A DNA stretch of 64,000 nt from Octopus vulgaris (lineage: Eukaryota): positions 34,658,001-34,722,000 of the forward strand of contig OX597832.1 in NCBI GenBank assembly GCA_951406725.2, written 5' to 3'. Made by a program: the position numbers and the translations under genes. The notes below the pieces were generated by a model. The model was given only the letters and a program-made list of their open reading frames with translations, was not told the origin of the DNA and made no database searches. Below are positions 29,974 through 44,626 of this stretch, in pieces. Every line of letters begins with the position of its first letter. The first letter of the stretch is position 1.

Positions 29974-30006
<33 letters not shown>

Positions 30007-30099
30007 TACACACATACATACATACAAATACCCATCCGTACATCTCTACATACACACACATACAGACATATATACATACATACACACACACGTACATAC

Positions 30100-30177
<78 letters not shown>

Positions 30178-31484
30178 ATACAAACATACATACAAGCGTG
30201 CTTTGAAGTGGGAAAATTACCACAGTAGTCGTTTTGACACTCGAGTTATGGTGTTTAACGTTTGCGAAAAGTATTGTGTGTTTATGTGTGTGTGTGCGCG
30301 TGCGTGTTTGTAAATTCTATACAGATATAAACCTTGTAGTTTGCTTTACAAAGCTCGTCTGCAGGTATCGGTTAACAAATGCTATGCTACAGTGAGATAG
30401 TTCTTATTACTGGATACACATGTGTAATTCCGTATTATCCGTAGTGTTTTTATAGGAATATCAATAGTATAAAGTGGATTGAGCAGACCGCTTCATTGTA
30501 TAATACGACAATTGTTTAAATGTTGATTCACCAATAGAAAAATTTCTAAATCATTATATATAAAATATAAATTAGCCCATCCCCTCCACAACCGCCACCA
30601 TCATTATCATCATCATCATTATTAAGTGCCCAGCCGAAAGATGAGGGGGGAAATACAAAGACAGACATAAATATATATGTGTGTGTGTATACATACTTAC
30701 ACAGACGCATACACAAATGCATACGCGTATACGTGTGTATGCATATATGCCCATACACGCACATGTACATATGCACACATATATATTTATATCCATTCAC
30801 ATACATGCACACACACGCACGCGTATGTTAGATTAAATACATTTGTACTGGTATATATACAGGTGTAAAGGTATATACATATACACGCACACTCATACAT
30901 CTTATCAACAATCTTTACACATGTTTAATTATATATATGCATATACCTACACATACATATATACTCACACACACACACTTACACACACACACATATACAC
31001 ATATATATGCATACATATATATACACACGCACACACATACCTATGATCAAATAAGGTTATTATTTTAAGAATAAAAATGGAATGTTTAAGAACGGCGTGC
31101 TCAATACTGAAAGTAGAGTCAAATTTATTGTAAAATTCGAAATCGCTGAAGGTCCACCAAAAGCGAAATCTGAAGTTCCGGTCAAAAGAAACTTCACTAT
31201 ATACATAGATAGCCAGATAAAACGAAGACTGTCACAACATCATCTGCAGGTTTCGGACTCTGTGCCTCTTGGAATGTTTACCGCTATGCTAACGACTACA
31301 CCAAAGAGACATTACATGTCTTTGTCACCTAGATTAGTGGACATAAGCTAAGTAGCTACAATAAAATGCTAATGACCTGTGAATGCGGATCCCAATCCAG
31401 GCAGGATTCAAGGTACACATGGACTCATTAGTTCTATTTCTAATATGGATAGAGAACGGGAGAGAGAGAGAGACAGAGAGAGAC

Positions 31485-31550
<66 letters not shown>

Positions 31551-31614
31551 TGGCAGACAGATAGACGTGTGTGTGTGTGTATGTGTGTCCTGTACTTAAT
31601 GTGTATTTTTAATT

Positions 31615-31678
<64 letters not shown>

Positions 31679-32359
31679 AGAAGGGAAGAAGAAGAAGAAG
31701 AAGAAGAAGAAGAAGAAGAAGAAGAAGAAGAAGAAGAAGATCGCAGTGACAGAGAGACAGACGAAGAATATAAAGAAAGAGAGAATAACGGAGAGAGAGA
31801 GAGAAGGGAAAATAAGTTTTGCCATAAGTTTTGAAACATCACAAACCAGCATTCTCTCCTCCAACACCTTTTTAACTATTTAATTTCAATCTGACAGCAT
31901 CTCAGATTGCGTGTCTGTAGCTTTAAAAGCTGTTAAATTTCATCATTAAAACTATCATCTTTCTAAGACGATAGAAGTTGTAGCTTATGCATATCAGAGA
32001 AGCTCATTATATTTGCAGAAGTATTAAACAGTCGTCGTTTTGACATTAATAAAATGCTGGAGAAAGAGCGGCTTTTGAATATCTGATCGCACAATATTCT
32101 GTTAGTGACATGAATGATACTGTGAAGGTTCTGTGAGCATAGCGCTCGATGGAAATAGCAACTAAATTTCTCTCAAATGGCACAGCTCTATCTTTAAATA
32201 AAAAAAAGAAGAAAAAGAGAAAGAACGCATTAGATAATTTCGTCTGAGAAGATGGAAAATAATCATATGTAGACTGGCTTAGACCTAGTTCAACCAGCAT
32301 TGACCTGGGGCTAAATAACAAGGACAACATTAGTAATAGCAAAGATAATTCTTTATGAT

Positions 32360-32705
32360 AATTCTTTACGATTTTGGCACAATGCCTGCAACACCGAAAG
32401 GATTAAAAGCAAAGTTAACCTCGGTGGTATTGGAATTCAGAATTAAAGAGCCGAACGAAATGCCGTTAAGCATTTTATCCGGCGTGCTAGTGATTCGGTC
32501 AGCTTGCTGCTATTTTAGCATAAAGCCTGCTACTTTTAGGGGAGGGTATAAGTCGATTACAATGACCCCATTCATCAACCAGTATTTATTTTTATCCACT
32601 CCGGATGGAATCAAAATTGATTTCGTTGGCATTTGAACTCTGAACGTGGGGCCGGAAGAAATACTGCAAAGCATTTTGTTCGGTGCTCTAATGATTCTGC
32701 TACTC
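32360..32705 (-). mobile_element. Two tandem diverged copies of SINE family B
   Basis: Reverse complements match the 44627 copy (aaaatgct..agtattt...ttc(a/t)gagttcaaat). Other diverged copies at ~14280-14400, ~16920-17050, ~29280-29400, 43220-43310, ~48125-48260, ~55045-55150 and ~57005-57200. Confidence 0.7.
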
Positions 32706-34355
32706 CTCCACCCACGACAATTTAATCATATTAACAATATGGAACCAAATAGAGGAATGTTTATATGGCACTTGACCTGCTAGAAATAGCAGCTGCATTC
32801 TCGTGATCTCATACTCGTACACACAAACGCTCTCACACATTCCTACACACACAACACACACACACAGTTTCTCTCTCTCTCTCTTCTTTCTTTCTCTCTC
32901 TCTCTATTTCGCACACGCACATACTCCTACATCTGACCTCAATATATTTGTGTACTAAAAACAAGAAGATAAAATACAACACACAGATAGATAGTTATAA
33001 TAATACACACACACACATACACACACACACACACACACACGCATATATATATATATATATACTGGTGAGTTTACGTCCCCTTAGTGATTCGGCAAAAGAG
33101 ACCGATAGAACAAGTACTAGGCTTACAAAGAATAAGTCCTGGGATCGATTTGTTCGACTAAAGGCGGTGCTACAGCATGGCCACAGTCAACTGACTGAAA
33201 CAAGTAAGTGAATAAAAGAATAAACCAGATCGTTATTCCTTCTCTCCAAAGAACATAAAAAAAGACTTGGAAAAATTCAAAACAAAAGAATTCTTCAAAC
33301 GTCCATCTTTCGAAGTTTGCTTACATAGGAATACCACAATATCATTTTTGAATGGTACCATCATTTGACTCCTCCCCACTTCAACCTACACCTACAATTA
33401 CTTCTTACGCTTAGACGCTGCTGTTGTTGTTGCCACTACTACTACAACTACTACTACAACAACAACAACTACTACAACAACAACAACTACTACAACAACA
33501 ACAACTACTACAACAACAACAACTACTACTACTACTACTACTACTCTCTTCCTCCTACTCTTTCTCTGGTGTGTGTGTTTATGTGTGCGCGCGTATGTAT
33601 ATATATGTCTGGGTGTTTATGCGAAAGGTGTCAATGTCTAACAGACATATGATAATTATCATTGTCATTGCCATCATCACCGTCATCATCATCATCATCA
33701 CTATCAACGCCATCATCATCATCACCACCACCACCGCCACTACTTCAACAACAATAACAACAACAACGCGTACTCTGCTACCCTCAAATGTTATTCTAGC
33801 CATAATAATGATGTTTTCATAATGACTAACCCTGATTGCAACCAGTTGGGTTTTTAAACTTTTGCACGTGTCACGTGGCTCCTCTTCTGTCTGCGCCAAT
33901 CATCACAACATATTCAATCACAGACGACATTAGAAAACCTTGTTGCTTCATTGTAAACCTGGTCTTTTTAGGTTTGCTGTTTCTCATTCATTGCTGTAAC
34001 GTCAATTTCCGTGGATACATATTTTCTTTTTCTTTTTTATATTTTTGTAGAAAAATTAAGGCTTTCTTTTCCTTCCTCTTCTTCCACTTTTTCTTTCTTA
34101 CCTTTGTTGTCCCTCTCCCTTTTCTTTTTCCTCTTCGTTTTCTTCATTCTCTCCTTCCACTTTCTTTTCTTTTCCTTTCTCCTTTTCCTTCCCTTCTTCC
34201 TCTCCTTGCTTTTCTTCATCATCCTCATTTTCTTCCTTCTCGTCCTGATCTTTTCTTCTACCCTCTTTTTTCTCCTCCTTCTACTTCTATTTCTTTTCTT
34301 CTATGTATGTATATTTGTGTATATATATGTGTGTATATATGTATATATATATATA

Positions 34356-34410
<55 letters not shown>

Positions 34411-34465
34411 ATTATTGGTGAATTGAAGAAATGGAGCTGAACGCAGATTGAACAGAAATCGTTTT

Positions 34466-34557
34466 ATTTCATTCTACACGTGTTTCGAAAGGCACAAATT
34501 ACCAAAATCCGATGGAATAATGGGACCATATTGTGTCTTTCTCTTCAGGAAGAAAAT
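34466..34557 (-). ncRNA. Hammerhead ribozyme (inverted copy)
   Basis: Reverse complement of 35716-35807. Confidence 0.85.
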
Positions 34558-35127
34558 AGGAAATCCGTTGGAAAAACAAAAACAGAACAGAGGCGGAGCA
34601 AAAACAAATCGAACTATGCTCCTAAGAGCCCATGGCGAAACTGTTTATCAGTGTATGTTGAGAACCGGTGGCTGAAGAATTCAACGGGTCAAGCATCGGC
34701 AGAATTAGCAGAATTAGATTCTAGCAGAATTAGATTCACGTCGGCGAACTCCAAGATCAAAAACGCCGTCTACCAATGCAAGGTTTACACGGACTCAGAT
34801 GTCTTCACTTATGTAGGGGCCTCATCCTCAAGATTGTCTTTGCGTGTCTCCAACCATTACGCAACTTTTCGGGACATGAACAAGCGCCAGACCACGGGAC
34901 TCAGTAAGCTAATATGGCGACTGAAGGATACGAACTTAAGCTACAGGCTGGAATGGTCCATTTTGTCGGTGGCCCTCCCATTTGATAGGGGCAGAAGGCA
35001 GTGCAACCTTTGTGTCTCCGAACTCTTCCATATTTTGTTTGCCAGAGGCCGGATGGTAAACGGGCTTTTACAGTCGGCTTTCCGATGCCCCCATTGGCGG
35101 CGTTACACTTATCTGGCTTTTAAATAG
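34480..35127 (+). CDS. GIY-YIG endonuclease C-terminal domain of a Penelope-like element; the N-terminal ~75 codons are fortuitous read-through of the inverted repeat
   Basis: NAVYQCKV...TYVGASS..LSLRVSNH...TGLSKLIWRLKD...W.IL...CNLCVSE...MVN...CPH contains the GIY-YIG core (VY, YVG, R, H, E, N) plus CxxC...CxH. The true domain starts at ~34740. Confidence 0.88.
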   Translation: MFRKAQITKIRWNNGTILCLSLQEENRKSVGKTKTEQRRSKNKSNYAPKSPWRNCLSVYVENRWLKNSTGQASAELAELDSSRIRFTSANSKIKNAVYQCKVYTDSDVFTYVGASSSRLSLRVSNHYATFRDMNKRQTTGLSKLIWRLKDTNLSYRLEWSILSVALPFDRGRRQCNLCVSELFHILFARGRMVNGLLQSAFRCPHWRRYTYLAFK

Positions 35128-35715
35128 CGTTTATAAATAATACCGGCACCCATAGCCCTTGGTAACAAATTCTGAAATAGCCTTTAAGATATCTACGATT
35201 AACCACTGCAAGGGGAATTACTCCTGTAAGACAAACGGGGCTTGGTTTTTTCACAGCGGGGGGTTTCCTTGACAAGGCAGGCTTAGATGAACACACACAC
35301 ACATAAAACATGATATATATTTTTTTTTTTCTGCCACCCAACGGTTATCACGGCAGTAGCCACTGACAGCCGAACGATCAAACGCACACACGTACACAAA
35401 AAAATGTTTTCTACCCCTACGCCAACACACACATATATAGAACAGTATACACACACACACGTCTCTAAGTAGATTTTTTCTCGCCCCTTATAAAACATCC
35501 AATATTCTTTAAATAGTCAGAACTTTATTCTCGGTCACAAAGAACATCTACGCACCCTCACCCACATGATTGACCGATGCTTGACCCGTTGAATTCTTCA
35601 GCCACCGGTTCTCAACATACACTGATAAACAGTTTCGCCATGGGCTCTTAGGAGCATAGTTCGATTTGTTTTTGCTCCGCCTCTGTTCTGTTTTTGTTTT
35701 TCCAACGGATTTCCT

Positions 35716-35807
35716 ATTTTCTTCCTGAAGAGAAAGACACAATATGGTCCCATTATTCCATCGGATTTTGGTAATTTGTGCCTTTCGAAACACGTGTAGA
35801 ATGAAAT
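35716..35807 (+). ncRNA. Type I hammerhead ribozyme with long stem II
   Basis: attttcttc-CTGAAGA(35725-31)-gaaagacacaa...ttgtgcctttc-GAAA(35787-90)-cacgtg-TA-gaatgaaat. Intact core, G-C-closed stem II, palindromic stem III. Predicted cleavage after GUA at 35798. Confidence 0.88.
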
Positions 35808-36015
35808 AAAACGATTTCTGTTCAATCTGCGTTCAGCTCCATTTCTTCAATTCACCAATAATGTTCTAATTTCAATTATCCGCACCAACGCACGGTTGCA
35901 ACACCATATGGTTGTACCTCCAACCGTGCTGTTTTACTGCTGTGATTTTTGCTACTAAGGTATCGGTTAAACTTTTGATTAATCTACTACAAGATTATTC
36001 ATCTTTCTATTTCAC

Positions 36016-36079
<64 letters not shown>

Positions 36080-36477
36080 GTATGCATGTATGTATTTGCA
36101 TGTATTTGTATGTATATATATATATATGTATATTTATGTATATATACATTTATGTATATTTGTGTGTGTATATATATATATATATATGTATACATATGTA
36201 TGTATAGATATATGTCTATATATAAATGTATATATATATGTATATACGTGTATATATGTGTATATACGTATATATATATATATGTGTGTTTGTGTGTATG
36301 ATTATATATATGTATGTAGTTATATATGTATATGTATTTATATATGTATATATATATATGTGTGTTTATAGTAGTTGAAGAAAATCGTTATAGGTATAAA
36401 TATATCATAAACAATTATAGAAAATGGAAGAAAAAAGATGTTGCATCAAAATTAGATTTAAAACAAAATAGGATTCA

Positions 36478-36578
36478 ATACATACGCGTGTTTCAAAGGA
36501 CAATGCAAATATGTAAGAAAAAATATAACCATAGTAATTATAATTAAATTTATGCATTGTCATTCTCATCAGAGTGAA
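36478..36578 (-). ncRNA. Hammerhead candidate, long stem II
   Basis: Reverse complement reads CTGATGA-gaatgacaatgc...gcattgtccttt-GAAA-cacgcg-TA-tgt; stem I imperfect. Confidence 0.65.
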
Positions 36579-36777
36579 GAATTTTTGGAAGGACATCAAA
36601 AAAGGTTTAATAAAATAAATTAAAATAGTATTATTACTGTTATTTTTTCCCTTTTACAACTTATTTGTAAATATCTGATTTTTCCCTATTACCCCTTTTG
36701 TATTCCGCCTTATTGTATCTTATTTTCATTTACTTTATTTTATGAAACCTTTTTTGATGTCCTTCCAAAACTTCTTC

Positions 36778-36873
36778 ACACTGATGAGAATAACAATGCA
36801 TAAATTTAATTATAATTACTATGATTATAAATTTTCTAACATATTTATATTGTCCTTTCAAACGCGCGTATGT
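36778..36873 (+). ncRNA. Hammerhead candidate, core mutated
   Basis: aca-CTGATGA(36781)-...-CAAA (instead of GAAA)-cgcgcg-TA-tgt. Confidence 0.6.
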
Positions 36874-37147
36874 ATTGAATCCTAATATTTTTATTAAATC
36901 TAATTTTGATGCAACATCTTTTTCTCCACTTTTTTTCTATAATTGTTTATGGCATATTTATACCTATAACGATATTTTTCAGCTACTATTTTCATATGCT
37001 TATTACTTGCTCTGGCTGGTTTTTTATGAATATAATGAATTTTTATTAGAAATCATTCTTCCTCTGTTTTTGGATCTCTCAAACTTATAAACTTTTAAAC
37101 TTATTTTTTCCCAAATATGTGTGTATATGTATATATGTATATGTATA

Positions 37148-37207
<60 letters not shown>

Positions 37208-37563
37208 ATTAGGAATAAATTCAAACTCACAGGGAAAAATTAGATTTAGGATTAAATCCAATTTTATAGTATAAATATATTATATTATATTAAATTAGAG
37301 ATAAAACCACTATTAGGCAAATCAAACAGTGAAAAACATAAGCCAATACATATAATTAATTTTAAAATATAAAAGTTTAAAATAAAAAATTATTTAAATA
37401 ATTTAAACTTATAAATTTTATATATGTATATACAGATATATATATATGTATGTATGTATATTTTTATATATTTATGTATTATTTTATTAATTAATTAATT
37501 TATTTATTTATTTTTTATATATATCAAAAGTATTAAAAGTTTAATAAAAGATAAAGAGTAAAT

Positions 37564-37656
37564 CACTACGATCGTTTCATGGCTGTACCAATTCGAATAA
37601 CAATAATTTAAATTCAATTAATAATTTGAGTTATGGTTACAGTCAATCTTCAGGTT
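37564..37656 (-). ncRNA. Hammerhead candidate (inverted copy of 38636-38730)
   Basis: cactacgatcgtttc...tcttcagg on the + strand. Confidence 0.7.
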
Positions 37657-38635
37657 AATTGAAATATTTTTAAATAATCAGAAATATTTAAACAATATTT
37701 TAAAGATATAAATAATATAATAATTTTACTTATAATAAACTCTATTATCAAACTAGAAAATTAAAACTTAACAATTATGATTATATCAAAATCGATTATA
37801 ATGTTAAATATTAATTTTAATTTATAAGGTAGGAAACCCACCAATAATCTAATATCGGTAATAGTCTATATCAAATTACATAAATATTTTTAAAAAATGA
37901 ATATATAAAAATAACTGTTATATATAAATTATCAATGAAAATATATAAATGTATATGAATATTATAATTAAGATCTAAAATAATCTCTATAAATAAATAT
38001 ATATGCACATATAATAAAAACCTAATAAATTAATTTTTCATATTTAAAGATGAAATAGCTAATTTCAAAAATTTAAACAAACAAACTTAAACGAACTTTC
38101 GGAAATCTTATGTAAAATACTTATAGAAATAATCGATTCGTAGTTATATAGTATCGAATAAATACTATAAATACTATAAATATAATTATCAATGGGAATA
38201 ACTAGCGAATATCAATTTTAAAAGACAATAACTAAGTTATGCTATTAAGTTAGACAGGGCCAGGACCAATCTTTAAACGAAACATATCTAAGTTTATCAA
38301 AGTTTATCTAATTTTAATTATAAGAAATTTAAAATTTAAAAGTTTAAAATTTCTTATAATTAAAATTAGATAAACTTTGATAAACTTAGATATGTTTCGA
38401 CTAAAGATTGGTGTAATTAGATATAGACTATTACCGATATTAGATTATTGGTGGGTTTCCTACCTTATAAATTAAAATTAATATTTAACATTATAATCGA
38501 TTTTGATATAATCATAATTGTTAAGTTTTAAGTTTCTAGTTTGATAATAGAGTTTATTATAAGTAAAATTATTATATTATTTATATCTTTAAAATATTGT
38601 TTAAATATTTCTGATTATTTTTAAAATAATTAAAT

Positions 38636-38730
38636 TAACCTGAAGATTGACTGTAACCATAACTCGAATTAATAATTGAATTTAAATTATTGTTATTCGA
38701 ATTGGTACAGCCATGAAACGATCGTAGTGT
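38636..38730 (+). ncRNA. Hammerhead candidate, long stem II
   Basis: ac-CTGAAGA(38640-46)-ttgactgtaacca...tggtacagccat-GAAA(38715-18)-cgatcg-TA-gt. Palindromic stem III; short stem I. Confidence 0.7.
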
Positions 38731-38906
38731 TTTACTCTTTATCTTTTATTAAACTTTTAATACTTTTGATATATATAAAAAAATAAAAATAAATAAATAA
38801 ATTAATTAATTAATTAATAAGATAATATATAAATTAATTAATCTTATGTATTGGCTTAAGTTTTTCATTGTATGATTTGCCTAATAGTGGTTTTATCTCT
38901 AATTCA

Positions 38907-41599
<2,693 letters not shown>

Positions 41600-41600
<1 letters not shown>

Positions 41601-41760
41601 TGAAAGAATAAAAAAATTCGACAGCTGTTTAATGACCATTCCATATGTTTCGATGCAACATAGATCCACATATATACAGGATTTAAATTTAAATTAAATA
41701 ACGGTTTACCTGTATAATGGGATCTAGTTTTATCTCCTCAGGTAATATGAAATCGCTGAC
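41600..41760 (-). ncRNA. Degenerate hammerhead next to the (TA)n array
   Basis: Reverse complement: CTGAGGA-gat..tagatcc..tatacagg...cctgtata..ggatcta..atc-GAAA-catatg-GA. Long paired stem II, but the UH site is lost. Confidence 0.55.
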
Positions 41761-42104
41761 CCCGTGAGTAAATGTTTTATTTCGATGCTATCACATCCCA
41801 GACGCCGACAGTTTCCTTCTGCTCGCTGTGAGCTTTCCTCTACACGCTCGACGTGAACGGCATTGTGTACGTTGTCTTTTTACTTTATTTCACATGTTCG
41901 TCTGAACATGCTAAATTTTAATTTTTCGCAAATACACTCACACAAACGTCCATACTTATACAATCACTCATGATGGAGTGTCGAGCGATATAACTATGTA
42001 AATGAATATGAGTAGATAAATGAATGTGCGTCTATGTATGGGTGTGAATGTGTTTGTTGATCGGTATGTGTGTGTGTGTGGGGGGGGGGGGTGCATCAGT
42101 TTAT

Positions 42105-43225
42105 TTTTTGTAGTTTCAGCTCAGAGCTGAAGTCATGCTGGGGCACCGCCGTTCTGCTACCCTGTTATTACTGAGAGCGTCCTCTAATATGTGGCATTTG
42201 GTAAATAAGGGAGTTTGATGTCGCTACCCTCATTTGTACCTCTTGTCACGAGGTAAGTTCATCTGGGACTCTCGACAGGAAGAGATCCATTTTTGATTTG
42301 AAAACACCTACATCCACTTTGTGTAGGTCCTTCAAGCTCTCTGGGAGAATATTAAATAGCTGTGGGCTCCAGAAACCCAGGCTGTTGCAGTGACTTGTCT
42401 TGAAGCGCGATGGCATTGTTGGGATCTTTGACACTGTGCAGTGTCGTCCCGTTCTGGTATTGGTGTAGCTTTCAATGCCAAAATTTGGAACAATTTCTTC
42501 TAGGATCTTCCCGTAGCTGAGTTGTTGCAACGAGACAATCTTCTTTGTGAAGCTTTGCTGGATTGCTTCAATGTCCACTGTTAATTTTACACTGTTGGGT
42601 GATCATAGCTGGGGGAAGTAATCTAGGGAGCTCAGGACGACTGTCCTCCAGAGGACCATCATGGTTTCCTGCTCTCTGGTCCTGAATGTTCTTAGGATCC
42701 ATCATGCCCGTCGTCTGCACTTTGTCGCCATCCTGGTAATGTGCACTTGGAAAGAGGTATTATCACTCATGTCAGTACTCAGATTTCTCACTGATTTAAG
42801 CTTTGGAAGTGTAATCCCCTAAGGACCAGGATACTCTGTAAGTTTTATATTCAGTTTTGGACTCTGGTAGCGCAGGGCTTGGGATTTCTCAGCATTAAAC
42901 TGCATATTATTGTCTTCAGTCCATCTTTAAATTGAATCCAACTCCTGCTGCAGATGTGTAACATCACTGAGATTCCGTATTTTCTGCGAGACTTATGTAT
43001 TGTCTGCGTAGCTAGCAAGGGTGGCTATCCGGGCAGCTGAGGGCATATCTGAGAGGGCCACTATGAAAAGCAGTGGTCCCAAGACATTTTTTGTTTTCTT
43101 TGCGGTGGCGCCATTGGCCACGATTGTCTGACTTCTACCTTTCAGAAAGTCGTGTAACCATTCTCCAAGTTTAACAGCTATGCCGTGATCACACAGTTTG
43201 TAGCATATCATACCATGATCCATCT
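42105..43225 (-). mobile_element. CR1/L2-group LINE 3' portion (RT to 3' UTR), decayed
   Basis: FDKMDHG..KL...WLHDFLKGRSQ, VLGPLLFIVALSDMP..SYADNT (YADD-like), [24 protein letters not shown]. The 3' UTR matches 39460-39500. Confidence 0.9.
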
Positions 43226-44099
43226 TATCAAAAGGATGAAAAGCAAAGTCGGCCTCGGCGGAATTTGAACTCAGAACGTGCATACGGACGAAACGCCGCT
43301 AAGCATTTGTTGTTTGACAACAACAACAACAACGATGATGATGATCATCATCAGCATGATCAAGGTGATGATCACGATGCTTTTTTACTTGCCATAGGGG
43401 CATCAGAATGAAGGGTACTTTACAAAGACAGTTTACAATTTGTGTGGAGGGGTTGTATAAAAGATGTAAAATCCCCACAAATCACGATGGTGATGATCAT
43501 GACGATGATGGTTGTGATTATGATGATGATGATGATGATGTTCAAGTCGGCAAACAAAGCAAAATAAAACTAGAGGAAAGTAATTTTAGAAAGAAAAGAA
43601 AAAAAACGTGTATAATTGCTTTTTTTCTGCGATAATTGATAATGTTTGACTTTGAAATTAAATTAAATTGAAATTGAATTAAATTGAGTCTAAATAGAAG
43701 CATTGAATGTTTGGAATTGTCTCAATACACACACCCTACCCGACTCTACCCCGCTACCCGAGGACATTTTGGTTTCAGAAAGAAATGAATAGAGTCGTTC
43801 ATTGAAAGAAATGTTTGAATGGCTTGTATTTGGGCGGGACGGAGGGAGGAAGGGGGAGAATGAAGAAGAAGAAGAAGAAGAAGAAGAAGAATTATATTTG
43901 TTGGCCACAAAGCTCCAAGACATTGGACACAAGTAAAAGTGAAGTTTCGACTAAATATAGATAAAATATAACAAGACATGTAGCAAAAATTTGGCAAACT
44001 TCCCATTAAGGGACTACTGCTACTACTGCTACTGTTGTTGTTGCTGCTACTGCTGCTGCTGCTGCTGTTGCTACTACAACTTCTACTCTTGTAATTATT

Positions 44100-44580
44100 G
44101 AGTGAGGGAACTGCATACGCCATCAAAGTGACACTGGCGTACAAATATATGAAGCCCAATATACTCAGCATGACTACCCATCTCTTAAGGGTTCTCTAGC
44201 ACATGGATCACAACCAAATGTGCGCAACATGGTGACCTCATATCAAGAAAAACAGCACATAACCTTGCAGGTGGGGCCTAGTTAGAATTTTACTCAGATC
44301 GTGTGCCCGTCCTGCTAAAAAATGTCCGTGAATAAAGGTTGATTAAGGATGTTGAACAAAATACTCATGTTTCCAAGGAGGAATTTTTCAAACCCCTAAA
44401 GAATCCTTCTCAACACATGGCTATGGTGCTCTTCCGTCTAATCCTACTCAGGATCAGAGATGCATATATTATCAGTCAGTAAGGGACATTCTTAACGAGT
44501 TAAGATCAAGCAAATGACAAGTAAGTCTGTAGTACTGAGCAAAATATATGTTGTAGCCCATCATTTACAACAAGACAAAA
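44100..44580 (+). repeat. ~500-bp (TAA)n-associated dispersed repeat
   Basis: Three copies in the window (28525-28850, 44100-44580, 51497-51915); no recognisable ORF. Confidence 0.85.
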
Positions 44581-44581
44581 C

Positions 44582-44613
<32 letters not shown>

Positions 44614-44626
44614 CATTATTATTATT

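Larger units (their letters stand above)
34408..36020 (+). mobile_element. 5'-truncated Penelope-like retroelement with inverted pseudo-LTR, inserted in (TA)n
   Basis: 292-bp inverted repeats (34408-34699, 35574-35865), apparently identical, enclose a GIY-YIG ORF. Each repeat holds a hammerhead. (TA)n on both sides. Confidence 0.92.
36369..37115. mobile_element. AT-rich fold-back element with a hammerhead in each arm
   Basis: Diverged inverted arms ~36369-36628 and ~36730-36990; flanked by TA-type repeats. Confidence 0.85.

Noticed and set aside
31082-31351. 89-aa non-repetitive ORF
   Set aside because: No recognisable motif or clear splice sites; length compatible with chance.
33424-33822. 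Poly-Q/L ORF (LLQQQQ repeats) and similar poly-S/V/T/K ORFs
   Set aside because: Compound (CTA)n(CAA)n trinucleotide repeats without splice or codon support.
35128-35573. SECIS element / selenocysteine recoding, reported for some Naiad-type PLEs
   Set aside because: No in-frame TGA in the retained ORF and no SECIS recognisable by eye; a SECIS search on the full-length parent would be needed.
35548-35825. Minus-strand ORFs duplicating the N-terminus of the 215-aa ORF
   Set aside because: A simple consequence of the 292-bp inverted repeat; the region is better explained as ribozyme-bearing pseudo-LTR.
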